DNA of 51,813 bases from the NCBI GenBank assembly GCA_039029235.1, contig JBCCGO010000001.1, positions 1 to 51,813 of the forward strand, in the 5' to 3' direction. The stretch is from Bacteroidota bacterium. Its GTDB lineage: Bacteria; Bacteroidota; Bacteroidia; Cytophagales; Amoebophilaceae. The notes under the pieces are model-generated. The model ran no database searches. It saw only the letters and a program-made list of their open reading frames with translations, and was not told where the DNA came from. The position numbers and the translations under genes were made by a program. Shown piece after piece: positions 11,851-22,009 of this stretch; position 1 is the stretch's first letter, and each line of letters starts with the position of its first letter.

Positions 11851-13401
11851 CTAGGTGAGCTCGATTTCTTCACCTTGTTTATTGATAAACTTAAACTCTG
11901 CAATACCTAAAGACGAATCCTCGACAAGGCTAACCCACCTTTTGTATCGGAAGAACCATTGTACTCTTTTAGAAAAGAAGCCCCTGGTGAAATAGGCATA
12001 AAGATACGGATGTAATAAAAGCATGATGTTCTTCTCATTCTGATTGTCTAGCAGGATTTGCAAACTTTTTTCAATCTGCTCTGATATCAAGATGGAAGCA
12101 GCTATCTTCCCCGTTCCGCCACAAGAAGGACATTCCTCTTGGGTACTTAAGCTGGTAACTGGCCTGACACGTTGCCGGGTCAGTTGCATGATGCCAAACT
12201 TAGAAATGGGCAGTATGGTAGATTTGGAGCGATCCTCCTTCATATACTCTTTCATTTGCTGATAGAGCTTGCGTTTATTTTCGGCATCCTTGACACCAAT
12301 AAAATCAATCACAATAATGCCTCCCATATCCCTAAGCTTGAGCTGCCTGGCTATCTCCTTAGCAGCAGCTAGATTGACACTTAAGGCCATTACTTCATGC
12401 TCTTGCTCTGTAGTATTGCTACCGCTGTTTACATCGATCACATGCATGGCCTCTGTATGTTCAATGATCAAGTATCCTCCACCGTCTAGGCTTACAGTCT
12501 GGCCAAAGAGCATTTTTAGCTGCCTTTCTATGCCGAAATGTTCAAACAGCTTTGTTCTGCCCTGGTAGTACTTAAAAATCTTCTCTTTCTCAGGAGCAGT
12601 CGTCTTGAGATATTGTTTTATCTCATTGTAAGCGTTCTTATCATCGATAATGATGCTATCAAAAGGCTCATTGAGCATGTCTCTCAGGATAGAAGAAGCT
12701 CGATCTATTTCCCCTATAATCTTATCTCGGACCGTAGCGCCGTGAAGCTTTTTGACCCCTGCCTCCCACTTGGCTAAGAGCTCTTTTAAGTCTTGAATCA
12801 GCTGGGCCACTTCTTTCCCTTCTGCAGCCGTTCTGACAATTAGCCCAAAGTTTGGAGGCTTGATGGAATTAACCAGACGTAGTAGCCTTTGCTTCTCTTC
12901 GCTCTTGGTGATCTTTTTAGAAACACTTACCTCCTCGCTAAAAGGTACGAGTATCATGTAGCTGCCAGCAATAGCTAGCTCAGTAGACAGCCGAGGCCCT
13001 TTGCTCGAGATCGGCTCTTTAATTACTTGTACAAGGATAGGCTGACTTCTATATAGTACCTCAGCAACCTTACCCAGCTTATCTATGGGTGCTTGGAGCG
13101 GCTGATCACTGAGATTATAATTTGGAGTCCTGCCATTGAGGGCAAGCTGTGTTAACTGATTTAAGGAGCGAAACTGAGCCCCTAAATCAGAATAGTGTAG
13201 GAATGCATCCTTCTTATAGCCTAGATCTACAAAGACAGCATTCAGATTAGGCATAATTTTTTTAACAATGCCTAGACAAATGTCGCCAACTGTAAACTGA
13301 CTATCTTTTTCTTCTGTATGGTACTCAACAAGCTCCCTATCTTTTAGGAGTGCTATCCGAAAGCTGCCTTGTGTAGTACCAATCACTAATTCACTAGCCA
13401 A
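11851..13401 (-). CDS. rng: Ribonuclease E/G family protein (RNase G-like)
   Basis: 516-aa ORF. S1-like N-terminus (GDICLGIVKKIMPNLNAVFVDLG), catalytic core EAMHVIDVNSG and GGIIVIDFI, and Zn-link CPSCGGTG. Confidence 0.85.
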   Translation of the reverse strand: MASELVIGTTQGSFRIALLKDRELVEYHTEEKDSQFTVGDICLGIVKKIMPNLNAVFVDLGYKKDAFLHYSDLGAQFRSLNQLTQLALNGRTPNYNLSDQPLQAPIDKLGKVAEVLYRSQPILVQVIKEPISSKGPRLSTELAIAGSYMILVPFSEEVSVSKKITKSEEKQRLLRLVNSIKPPNFGLIVRTAAEGKEVAQLIQDLKELLAKWEAGVKKLHGATVRDKIIGEIDRASSILRDMLNEPFDSIIIDDKNAYNEIKQYLKTTAPEKEKIFKYYQGRTKLFEHFGIERQLKMLFGQTVSLDGGGYLIIEHTEAMHVIDVNSGSNTTEQEHEVMALSVNLAAAKEIARQLKLRDMGGIIVIDFIGVKDAENKRKLYQQMKEYMKEDRSKSTILPISKFGIMQLTRQRVRPVTSLSTQEECPSCGGTGKIAASILISEQIEKSLQILLDNQNEKNIMLLLHPYLYAYFTRGFFSKRVQWFFRYKRWVSLVEDSSLGIAEFKFINKQGEEIELT

Positions 13402-13504
13402 AGTACTGAAGTTTTACATACTTGGTGAGAAGATGGCTAGATAGTCCTAACTCTACTACGCATGCTATAAAGCAGCTTCCCACAAGGTAGGGCTATCTAG
13501 GTGC

Positions 13505-13594
13505 TCACTTTTTTTTGTGTCTGTGCAACCTTAGGCGCTTTTTGCGTTTATGGGTAGCCATTTTATGTCTTTTTCTTTTTTTCCCACAAGGCAT
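13505..13594 (-). CDS. 29-aa highly basic micro-protein, likely bS22-type small ribosomal protein
   Basis: ATG at 13594, TGA at 13505-13507. Translation is MPCGKKRKRHKMATHKRKKRLRLHRHKKK. It resembles, from memory, the ~30-aa MPSGKKRKRHK.ATHKRKKR..NRHKKK peptides of Bacteroidota annotated as bS22. Too short for the ORF track. Confidence 0.5.
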   Translation of the reverse strand: MPCGKKRKRHKMATHKRKKRLRLHRHKKK

Positions 13595-13984
13595 CTTGCA
13601 AGCGTTTTGTAGTTATTGTTTGGATAAAAATTACTATTGTCTGGTGTTGGCGATTACGAGCACACACTCGGTGACTGCTCAGTAACGCCTTGCACTATGC
13701 CTAGGCTTAATAGTGCTTCTTTGAGCGCACTGCTACTCAAAACAGCGTCCTAGGAGCGCCTAATCTGCTAATGTAACACTTTTTCGGGTGCTTAGCTAGT
13801 TTTGTGTTTATTTCTATCTTCGATCTCTTGCTGAGGCTTTGAGGCTTGCTCAGAACCTAGTGCATCACATCTGCCTGTGGTACCTACGCTCTAAACTTGA
13901 GGTAGAACGTGTTTTACCATACATTTTAGTTAGCCTATCAGTGAGTCAGATAGCACAATCTTTTCTACTGAGCATTAAAATACT

Positions 13985-15127
13985 TTGTCGCAGATTTTGA
14001 TACCATATGTCTTGGGAAAGCCTGAGAAGCTAGCCAAGCGGCTCTTTGCTGACTGGCTTATAACCTGGTATCAGGTAAACAAACGTGCATTGCCTTGGCG
14101 TAACACCCAGGATCCTTATAGAATATGGCTCTCAGAAGTCATCCTGCAGCAGACCAGGGTATTACAAGGCCTCCCGTATTACCAACGATTTGTTGAGCAA
14201 TATCCTACTGTCCGGGCGCTAGCTAAGGCCCCGGAAGAGGCAGTGCTACGCTTGTGGCAAGGCTTAGGTTATTACTCAAGAGCCCGCAACCTCCATGTTT
14301 GTGCGCGCATGGTTGTAGACCAGTTTAATGGCACGTTCCCTAATAATTATAAGGATCTACTACGTTTGAAAGGTGTCGGCCCCTATACAGCTGCTGCCAT
14401 TGCCTCCATTGCTTTCCAAGAACCAGTTCCGGTAGTAGACGGGAATGTGTATCGTGTACTAGCCCGAGTTTTTGGAGTGACCGAAGACATTGCTTCCACA
14501 AGTGGCCAAAAGATTTTTTACGCACTGGCCCAATCATTGGTCCCTCCCCAGCGCGCTGATCTGTATAACCAAGCTATCATGGAGTTTGGGGCTATACAGT
14601 GTAGGCCTGCCAAGCCGCTTTGCCAAACTTGTATCTTGCGCGTGTACTGCGTAGCGTTTCATACAGGAAGACAGCAGTCCTTGCCCGTTAAGTCTCCTAC
14701 ACTAAAAATCAAAAAAAGATTCTTTCATTACTTCGTTATCCAGCTAGGCAATGAAGTATACATGAAGCTAAGAAAAGAGGCTGATATTTGGCAGGGCTTG
14801 TATGACTTCTATCTAGTAGAGGACAGCCAACTGAAAGAGGCTGACCAGCTAGCAGATAACCTTGTAGCCTTGATGGGGCAACACCAACTATCCATCACCA
14901 AAGAGCCTAGGCTATACAAGCATGCACTAACGCATAGGAAGCTGTATGTTTATTTTTTTTATGTCCAAGCTACCGCTCGATTTGTACAAGAAGCAACACC
15001 GATGCTGAATAGGATGCATATTCGTGCTTTTTCCTTAGCAGCAACCAAGGCTTTGCCTAAGTCTAGGCTGATTAGTAATTTTCTGGAAGAAAAATTTTAT
15101 GTTTATTTTCAGCGCATAAATATTTAA
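13985..15127 (+). CDS. mutY: A/G-specific adenine DNA glycosylase MutY
   Basis: 380-aa ORF. LPWRNTQDPYRIWLSEVILQQTRV, HhH-GPD region LKGVGPYTAAAIASIAF, and Fe-S cluster Cys ladder CRPAKPLCQTCILRVYC. The TTG start is uncertain. Confidence 0.88.
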   Translation: MSQILIPYVLGKPEKLAKRLFADWLITWYQVNKRALPWRNTQDPYRIWLSEVILQQTRVLQGLPYYQRFVEQYPTVRALAKAPEEAVLRLWQGLGYYSRARNLHVCARMVVDQFNGTFPNNYKDLLRLKGVGPYTAAAIASIAFQEPVPVVDGNVYRVLARVFGVTEDIASTSGQKIFYALAQSLVPPQRADLYNQAIMEFGAIQCRPAKPLCQTCILRVYCVAFHTGRQQSLPVKSPTLKIKKRFFHYFVIQLGNEVYMKLRKEADIWQGLYDFYLVEDSQLKEADQLADNLVALMGQHQLSITKEPRLYKHALTHRKLYVYFFYVQATARFVQEATPMLNRMHIRAFSLAATKALPKSRLISNFLEEKFYVYFQRINI

Positions 15128-15146
15128 ACCCGTCAACACCGTTCAT

Positions 15147-15566
15147 ATGTCAGGCGTTAATCGAATTATTTTGTTGGGCAACTTGGGCAAGGATCCTGAA
15201 GTTAAGCATCTAGAAAATGGTAGAGCCCGTACTACCTTCACGTTAGCTACCAATGAGAGTTATAAGAACAAAGAGGGAGAAAAAGTCACGAATACAGAGT
15301 GGCACAATGTGGTACTCTGGACGCCATTGGCAGAGATTGCTGCACAATACTTAAGTAAGGGAAGGCAAGTTTATATTGAGGGCAGGATAACTACACGCTC
15401 CTATGTAGATAAAGAAGGACAAACCAAATACGTCACAGAGATAGTAGGGCAAAATATGGTTTTACTAGGGAGTAAGGGGGAAGGAGCATCAGCTATCGAG
15501 AGTGCGGGAGCTACACAACACCCGGACACTGCAACAGATGAACCTTCAGACGGGCTTCCATTTTAA
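15147..15566 (+). CDS. ssb: Single-stranded DNA-binding protein
   Basis: 139-aa ORF. OB-fold N-terminus VNRIILLGNLGKDPEV...TEWHNVVLW and an acidic C-terminal tip DEPSDGLPF. Confidence 0.93.
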   Translation: MSGVNRIILLGNLGKDPEVKHLENGRARTTFTLATNESYKNKEGEKVTNTEWHNVVLWTPLAEIAAQYLSKGRQVYIEGRITTRSYVDKEGQTKYVTEIVGQNMVLLGSKGEGASAIESAGATQHPDTATDEPSDGLPF

Positions 15567-15768
15567 AATCCGCCGTGGTTATCTCCCATGCAGGCTATTA
15601 GTGTCATGAATGCCAGCATACCATGAGGCGTCGTGTAGACTCAAGCCATCCAGCAGAGCTGCAAAAAACATGAGTGGAAGTAATGTAGGGTCTGGGCCTG
15701 AAGGAATACGCTAAAGAAGAGGGGTCGCTTTTACCCCCTTTCTTAAAACTATAGCAACTATCCATGCT

Positions 15769-17088
15769 TTGATAGACCTATACAAGTCAGGATTTTGCCT
15801 ATTTAATGGATTAATCTTGCTGCTCCTTCTGTTAGGTTCTGCCCTTATCTCAGGTGCTGAGGCAGCTTTCTTCTCGCTCACTCATCAGCAGATCGCCCAG
15901 TGTAGAAGTAGCCAGATAACGCAAGACAGCCAAGTCTTGGAAGTTCTGAAAACCCCTATACGACTGCTGGCCACCGTCCTCATCCTCAATAATCTGGTTA
16001 ATGTGGCCTTTGTCATGCTTTCTCCGCACTTGCTGTGGCAAATCTGGGGCATACGCAATGTACATGGTTTAGCATTGCTGGCCTACACGCTTATCTCTAC
16101 TACGGTCATTGTTTTGTTTGGGGAGATTATGCCCAAAACTTATGCTAGCCAGCACAATCTGTGGGCTGCCCGGCAGACTGCGAGACTACTCAGTGGGGCC
16201 ATGCTGGTTTTGCAACCTCTTGCTAGCGTGTTAATGCGTCTTAATAAGCTTTTTGGGCAGGATTATCTGCAGGAACCCTATGATTTGTCTGCCGATCAGC
16301 TCAATAGAGCTGTAGAGATTGCTGCAGCCCGGGAAGCTTCTTCAGGAGAAAAAGCAGCCTTAAAAGGTGTGGTGCATTTTACAACCCTAATAGCTAGACA
16401 AATCATGCAGCCCCGTACAGAAATTACTGCCATAGATATGGGCCTAAACTTCCAAAAGCTGATAGATACGATCAATAAGTCAGGTTATTCGCGCTTCCCT
16501 GTATACCAAGAAACCATAGACCAGATAACAGGCTTTCTCTACGCCAAAGACGTATTGCCTTATCTAGACGAAAGCAAGCATTTCTTGTGGCAATCGCTAC
16601 TGCGTAAATGTCTGGCTGTACCTGAAAATAAAAAGTTAGATGCTCTACTACTCGAATTTCAAAAAGATAAGGTACACATGGCTATTGTAGTAGATGAGTA
16701 CGGAGGTACCTCAGGGCTGGTCACTATGGAGGATGTGCTGGAAGAAATTATCGGAGAGATTACTGATGAGTTTGACCAAGATGAGGAAGTAATGTACAGA
16801 CAGCTTGGCAGTGATACTTTCGAGTTTCAGGGCAAGGTGTTGCTACATGATTTCTGCAAAGTTATTAATGTAAATCCTACTGTGTTCGAAACAATCAAAG
16901 GAAAAAGTGAGTCACTGGGCGGACTTTTGTTAGAAGTTCATGGCCGGCTGCCTCGCGCTGGCGAAAAGGTTCGTTACAAGCAGTTCGCATTTACGGTGCT
17001 AGCAGTGGATGCACGCAAAATCAAAGAAGTAAGCGTACATATCGAGCATAAGCCAAGAGAACACGTAGCCAAATTAGCAGAAGCTTAA
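15769..17088 (+). CDS. gldE: CNNM/HlyC-CorC family membrane protein (DUF21 + CBS pair + CorC_HlyC); GldE-like
   Basis: 439-aa ORF with an N-terminal multi-TM DUF21, a CBS pair (IMQPRTEITAID...YSRFPVY...MAIVVDEYGGTSGLVTMEDVLEEIIGEI) and a CorC C-terminal domain. Its position after mutY-ssb matches my recollection of the Flavobacterium gldE locus. Confidence 0.8.
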   Translation: MIDLYKSGFCLFNGLILLLLLLGSALISGAEAAFFSLTHQQIAQCRSSQITQDSQVLEVLKTPIRLLATVLILNNLVNVAFVMLSPHLLWQIWGIRNVHGLALLAYTLISTTVIVLFGEIMPKTYASQHNLWAARQTARLLSGAMLVLQPLASVLMRLNKLFGQDYLQEPYDLSADQLNRAVEIAAAREASSGEKAALKGVVHFTTLIARQIMQPRTEITAIDMGLNFQKLIDTINKSGYSRFPVYQETIDQITGFLYAKDVLPYLDESKHFLWQSLLRKCLAVPENKKLDALLLEFQKDKVHMAIVVDEYGGTSGLVTMEDVLEEIIGEITDEFDQDEEVMYRQLGSDTFEFQGKVLLHDFCKVINVNPTVFETIKGKSESLGGLLLEVHGRLPRAGEKVRYKQFAFTVLAVDARKIKEVSVHIEHKPREHVAKLAEA

Positions 17089-17538
17089 GAAGTTACACCA
17101 GGTTCCCACAAAAGCTAGCCGTTATGCTCAGGTTCCGGGTAAATTCGTAAATTCACGCCAAATACAGCTAGCATCCATTAGGTTCCCAATAAGTTTTGTA
17201 ACTCCGTTTCAGCTATGATAGCTACTTTTTGCAGCTTCCCTGAAAGCAACGCCCGTAAACTCAAGCTCGCTTATGGAACAATTAAGATCTAACTTTAATA
17301 ACCGATGAAGTTGTAGTCTTGAGCAACTTAACATTTAAACCATTTTTGAATCAACATTCGCCACAATAGGTCCACGAACTAGTTCACTTTGACTCTCTCA
17401 AGCAAATCGATAGCACCAACACCAATGAAAAGCTCAAAAAGCACCTCCCAAGATATTGCCCTCGAAGCATAACTGAAATAAGTTGCTACACTCCGAGTCA
17501 ATGTAGAACATCAAAATATAATTCCTAACTTAGGGCGC

Positions 17539-19008
17539 ATGAACAATCCTACACAGCAAAGTACCCTGCAGACGATCATAGCACATGCTAAGGAGTATGG
17601 TTTTATATACCCCGCTAGCGAGATTTACGAAGGGCTACAAGGAGTCTACGACTATGGGCCCTACGGAGCTGCCCTCAAACGCAATGTGCAGAACCTGTGG
17701 TGGCAGAGTATGACCCAGGCGTACACTAACGTTGTCGGTATGGACACAGCCATCCTGATGCACCCCCGTACATGGCAGGCTTCTGGACATGTAGATAACT
17801 TTGAGGACCTGCTAGTAGATAACAAGGACTCCCAAAAAAGATATCGTGTAGACCAGCTCATAGAAGCACAGGCCCATGCCCTAGCGACTCAGGGGCAAGC
17901 ATCCATCGCCCAAGCGCTGCTAGCCAGTATGCACCAGTTGCTGCAGACGCAAGACCTGGCTGGACTACACAAGCTACTTGTAGCAGCGAAAGTTCAATGC
18001 CCTGTCTCGCATACGAGTAACTGGACAGCAGTACGGCGATTCAACTTGATGTTTGCTACCAAAGCAGGTTCTCAAGAAGAGGAAACCAATACCCTCTACC
18101 TGAGGCCTGAAACAGCGCAAGGCATCTTTGTCAACTTCCTGAATGTACAAAAAACAGCGCGTATGAAGGTGCCTTTTGGAATTGCACAGATTGGCAAGGC
18201 TTTTCGCAATGAAATTGTGGCTAGGCAGTTCATTTTCCGGATGCGTGAGTTTGAGCAGATGGAGCTACAGTTCTTTATCCAGCCAGGCAAAGAGGCACAC
18301 TGGTTCGCCTACTGGCAGCAATCTCGGTGGCAGTGGTACCGGTCCCTAGGCATTCCTGAGGAAAAGCTGCAGCTACAGCCCCATCACCAGCTAGCTCACT
18401 ATGCCCAGGCAGCGACCGACATTGCATATGCCTTCCCTTTCGGATACAAGGAAGTAGAGGGCATCCATGCAAGGGGCAATTTTGATTTGAAAAATCATAC
18501 AACACAGTCTCAGAAGAAGCTGCAGTACTTTGACCCAGAGCTGCGCCAAAGCTATATCCCACATGTGATCGAGACGTCCCTGGGTTGTGACCGGCTGATT
18601 TTGCTGCTGCTCTGTGAGTCCTTTACCCAAGAGCAAGACCAGCGCAAGACACGTACTTACTTGCGGTTCCACCCAGCACTCGCCCCCATCAAAGCAGCAA
18701 TTTTGCCCTTGGTAAAAAAAGATGGCCTTCCGGCTAAAGCTCAGCAGCTTCTTAGAGCCCTCCAATATGATCTGCCCCTGATCTATGAAGAGGCGCAGTC
18801 TATTGGTAGGCGCTATACCAGGCAAGACCTCATTGGTACACCCTACTGCATTACCATAGACCACCAAACGTTAGAAGATGATACCATTACACTTCGCGTA
18901 CGCGATACTACCCAGCAACAACGCATGCCTATCAGTTCCCTCAAGAGCTATCTCTTGGAGCAAGTAAGTTTCAAAACGATCCTGAGCCAGCTACAGCAGA
19001 AAGTGTAG
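17539..19008 (+). CDS. glyQS: Glycine--tRNA ligase (homodimeric class II GlyRS)
   Basis: 489-aa ORF. YGFIYPASEIYEGLQGVYDYGPYG, YLRPETAQGIFVNF, QIGKAFRNEI, and an anticodon-binding C-terminus (PYCITIDHQTLEDDTITLRVRDT). Confidence 0.93.
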   Translation: MNNPTQQSTLQTIIAHAKEYGFIYPASEIYEGLQGVYDYGPYGAALKRNVQNLWWQSMTQAYTNVVGMDTAILMHPRTWQASGHVDNFEDLLVDNKDSQKRYRVDQLIEAQAHALATQGQASIAQALLASMHQLLQTQDLAGLHKLLVAAKVQCPVSHTSNWTAVRRFNLMFATKAGSQEEETNTLYLRPETAQGIFVNFLNVQKTARMKVPFGIAQIGKAFRNEIVARQFIFRMREFEQMELQFFIQPGKEAHWFAYWQQSRWQWYRSLGIPEEKLQLQPHHQLAHYAQAATDIAYAFPFGYKEVEGIHARGNFDLKNHTTQSQKKLQYFDPELRQSYIPHVIETSLGCDRLILLLLCESFTQEQDQRKTRTYLRFHPALAPIKAAILPLVKKDGLPAKAQQLLRALQYDLPLIYEEAQSIGRRYTRQDLIGTPYCITIDHQTLEDDTITLRVRDTTQQQRMPISSLKSYLLEQVSFKTILSQLQQKV

Positions 19009-19046
19009 CACAAGCCAAGCTGACCATGGCAATTAACGTTAAACTT

Positions 19047-19120
19047 GGGGAATTAGCTCAGTTGGCTAGAGCGTCTCAATGGCATTGAGAAGGCCGGGGG
19101 TTCAAGTCCCCCATTCTCCA
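19047..19120 (+). tRNA. tRNA-Ala (anticodon GGC)
   Basis: Hand-folded 74-nt cloverleaf. Acceptor GGGGAAT/ATTCTCC with the G3:U70 Ala identity pair, D-arm GCTC/GAGC, anticodon stem TCTCA/TGAGA with loop ATGGCAT, T-arm GGGGG-TTCAAGT-CCCCC. No encoded CCA. Confidence 0.9.
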
Positions 19121-19146
19121 CACTAACCAGCAACAAAACCTGAGCC

Positions 19147-19812
19147 ATGACAGACATACAGCAGATGCTCACTTTCCTAGCTCAGCTGCAGGAAAATAAC
19201 CACAAAGCCTGGATGGATGCAAACAAAGCCACTTACCAGCAAGCCAGACGCACCTTGCTGGTCATCGCCGAGCACTTAATCAAAAGCATGGGGCCCCTAG
19301 ACACAGACATAGCATCGCTAACTCCACAAAGCTGTATTTTTCGAATCAACCGAGATATCCGTTTTAGCAAGGATAAAGCACCATACAAGCCTAACATGGG
19401 CATTTACTTGGCCAAGGGAGGCCGGCATAGTGGCTACGCCGGATATTACTTGCATATAGAGCCACACAATCGATCTTTTATAGGTGGAGGCTTGTACCAG
19501 CCTGAACCATCAGCGCTCAAGCACATTCGACAAGAAATTGATTACCAAGCAGCAGATTTAGACCATATCTTGGCTAAGCCACGATTCAAAGCACTATTTG
19601 GGACCCTACAAGGAGAGAAACTACAGAGGCCGCCAAAAGGCTACAGCTATGATCACCCCCAGCTAGCCTTATTAAAGCTGAAGTCCCTTACTGTCATCCA
19701 TCCTATCAAAGACCAGGTAGCCACACAAGCCAAATTCTTGTCCTACACACTCGAAGTTTTCCAAGCCATCGTTCCGCTGGTTCGGTTTCTCAACACAGCC
19801 TTGGATGATTAA
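19147..19812 (+). CDS. DUF2461 (TIGR02453) family protein
   Basis: 221-aa ORF with the family-typical pattern FLAQLQENNHKAWMDANKATYQ ... IFRINRDIRFSKDKAPYK ... YYLHIEP. Recognised from memory. Confidence 0.7.
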   Translation: MTDIQQMLTFLAQLQENNHKAWMDANKATYQQARRTLLVIAEHLIKSMGPLDTDIASLTPQSCIFRINRDIRFSKDKAPYKPNMGIYLAKGGRHSGYAGYYLHIEPHNRSFIGGGLYQPEPSALKHIRQEIDYQAADLDHILAKPRFKALFGTLQGEKLQRPPKGYSYDHPQLALLKLKSLTVIHPIKDQVATQAKFLSYTLEVFQAIVPLVRFLNTALDD

Positions 19813-20139
19813 GCCTAGCCCCTAGCTAAGCGGCACGTATCTGGAAATATTTTTCTGACAACTGCTTACCAGGCAAGTAGTTGTAGTAGCTCTCCAGCAT
19901 ACGTCCCGAGCAGAACGGCATAGCGGGTACCGTACCACTCTTCCGCCACCCACCATTGCTGAGGCATGATGGCAAATGTCCTCGCTACGTTGCTTGCCAA
20001 CGCACCACCCCTTTGCTTGCAATGCCGCTAAGGAGGAGCATGTAGGGTACCTACCAGCGCAATCTCCTGGCGCTAAACTCATTCAGGGTCCCTGTGGAGC
20101 AAGCGAACCTAGTCGTGTGGTTCACGCTTTGGCAGCAGC

Positions 20140-21312
20140 TCAGGCTCCGGGGGTCAAGAGTACGGGCATGATCAATAGCAGGATATCTTCTTGCGCTGCT
20201 TGCTCTTGGGGCAGTATGAGTGCCGCCCTACTAGGCTCTGAGAGCTGCATGATTACTTCCTTGGTATCAAGGCTATTGAGCAGTTCCATAAGCAACTTGG
20301 CATTAAACCCAATGGTTAAACCCTGCCCTGTATAGTCACACGCTAGCTTCTCGTGAGCTTTGTTAGAGAAGTCTAAGTCTTCTGCCAACAGCTGCAGTGT
20401 ATTTTCGCCCAAGGCCAGCCTGATCTGGTGGGTAGTTCTATTAGCATAAACAGCGGTACGTTTCAGAGAACTTAGCAAAGACGCCCGGTTCACTGCGAGC
20501 TGGTTAGGATTGTTGTGGGGGATAACGTTTTCATAATCAGGGTAGCGCTCGTCAATCAGCCTAGCTACCATACTAGTACCCGATAGCTGAAAGTGGACAC
20601 TAGACTCACCAAAAGTTATACTGACCGCCGCTTGGTCACTAGAGAGCAACCCAGTGAGTAGCATTAAAGTCTTGCGCGGAATAATAAACGACTCCTGAGC
20701 AGCTACGCTGATATCTGTCCGTGTATAGCGGACCAGCCTATGGCCGTCAGTAGCCACAAAAGCAGCACTTGTTTCGCTGAAGCTCATATAAACGCCGTTC
20801 ATGGCAGGCCGCAGCTCATCATGACTCGTAGCAATAATCGTCTGCTGGATAGCTTTTTTGAGCACCTGGGCAGGCATAGACACAGTAACACGGCCCGCCA
20901 CAGTAACCACTTGGGGGAAGTCTGCAGCATTTTCTCCAGCCAGGCTATACTGGCCATTAGCTGCGTGGATCTCTATGCCGTAAGCATGCTCGTCAATAGC
21001 AAAAGTAATGGGCTGGTCGGGCAGATTCCGTAGCGTATCTAATAGGATGCGCGCTGGTATTGCAATTTTTACCTCCTCTTGGGCTTCTATAACCAGCTCT
21101 GTGATGATAGACGTCTGCAAATCTGAGGCAGTGACTTTGAGCTTGCCAACAGCTATTTCGAATAAAAAGTTCTCTAGAATAGGAACCACTGGATTATTGA
21201 CAATAACGCCGCTCAGCGCTGCTAGCTGCTTATACAGCACCGAAGAAGATATGCTAAACGAAGCAGCGGATTTGCTAGGTGTATCAGAAGGTGTCATGAA
21301 TGTTTCTGCCAT
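20140..21312 (-). CDS. dnaN: DNA polymerase III beta sliding clamp
   Basis: 390-aa ORF of three-domain clamp length, with typical segments PILENFLFEI, ATDGHRLV, IDERYPDYENVIP and GFNAKLLMELL. It has a ~18-aa N-terminal extension, so the true start may be internal. Confidence 0.9.
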   Translation of the reverse strand: MAETFMTPSDTPSKSAASFSISSSVLYKQLAALSGVIVNNPVVPILENFLFEIAVGKLKVTASDLQTSIITELVIEAQEEVKIAIPARILLDTLRNLPDQPITFAIDEHAYGIEIHAANGQYSLAGENAADFPQVVTVAGRVTVSMPAQVLKKAIQQTIIATSHDELRPAMNGVYMSFSETSAAFVATDGHRLVRYTRTDISVAAQESFIIPRKTLMLLTGLLSSDQAAVSITFGESSVHFQLSGTSMVARLIDERYPDYENVIPHNNPNQLAVNRASLLSSLKRTAVYANRTTHQIRLALGENTLQLLAEDLDFSNKAHEKLACDYTGQGLTIGFNAKLLMELLNSLDTKEVIMQLSEPSRAALILPQEQAAQEDILLLIMPVLLTPGA

Positions 21313-22009
21313 AGGATTATAATTTTGACGCTACACAGTAGTATGTAACATGAAGATAAAGATAGTAAACCAAACGATATCCATCATAACCCAATGCTAG
21401 AGGTACCTAAGCCCCGCTCCAGCAAGCACCACCTCTCCTACATTAAAGTGTGCCAGCGAGCTTTACTTTGAAACCACCCTGCTCCCCTGCCAAAGCACCC
21501 ATAAGGTCATTATATCGAATTGAGGCTACTTCACGCTTCCTGAGTTAGCAAAGGCAACACGTTGGGTCATAGAGGATGCTTCTCATACAGTAGCAACTAG
21601 CCCTCATACATCGTGAGATAGATTATCGCATCCATGAGCAGTCTCCAGTAGATACATTCCATGCCATCTATTGCACCGCATCACCACCTTCCAAGTATCC
21701 CCAGACTTCTCCCCACACTGGGCTAGTATGGATGCTAGCTAGATTTTCCTCATACGCGCTTATCGCTACTGATGAGTCTGGAGAGGGTTGCCATAATACT
21801 CCACTCATTCAGGCTTCGCAGCTCACTGACAAGGGCTATACTCATCCCTCCAGAGAGCACCTGGCGGGCTATCGGTTGCTTAGCTTGCTCCCTCCGGCCG
21901 AGAGCCATCCCTTTCTTCTCCCCAATGACCATCCACGCTTCTCCCCTTTGCCATACCCCTTAGCTTCAACATCCAATAACTTCTAGTATGCTACTCCCTA
22001 GCTGCCCAG

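Noticed and set aside
19822-20335. ORFs 19822..20082(-) and 19976..20335(+) between DUF2461 and dnaN
   Set aside because: They overlap each other, the second runs antisense into dnaN, and the Cys/Arg/Ala-rich translations have no recognisable family features. This could be a decayed gene, but I cannot support that.
21313-22009. Region upstream of dnaN, examined for dnaA, DnaA boxes or an origin; three overlapping 60-84-aa ORFs (21732..21986 and others)
   Set aside because: There is no DnaA-like translation. I found only one near-match to TTATCCACA (tcatccaca, near 22017) and no AT-rich unwinding repeats. The ORFs overlap one another and look spurious.
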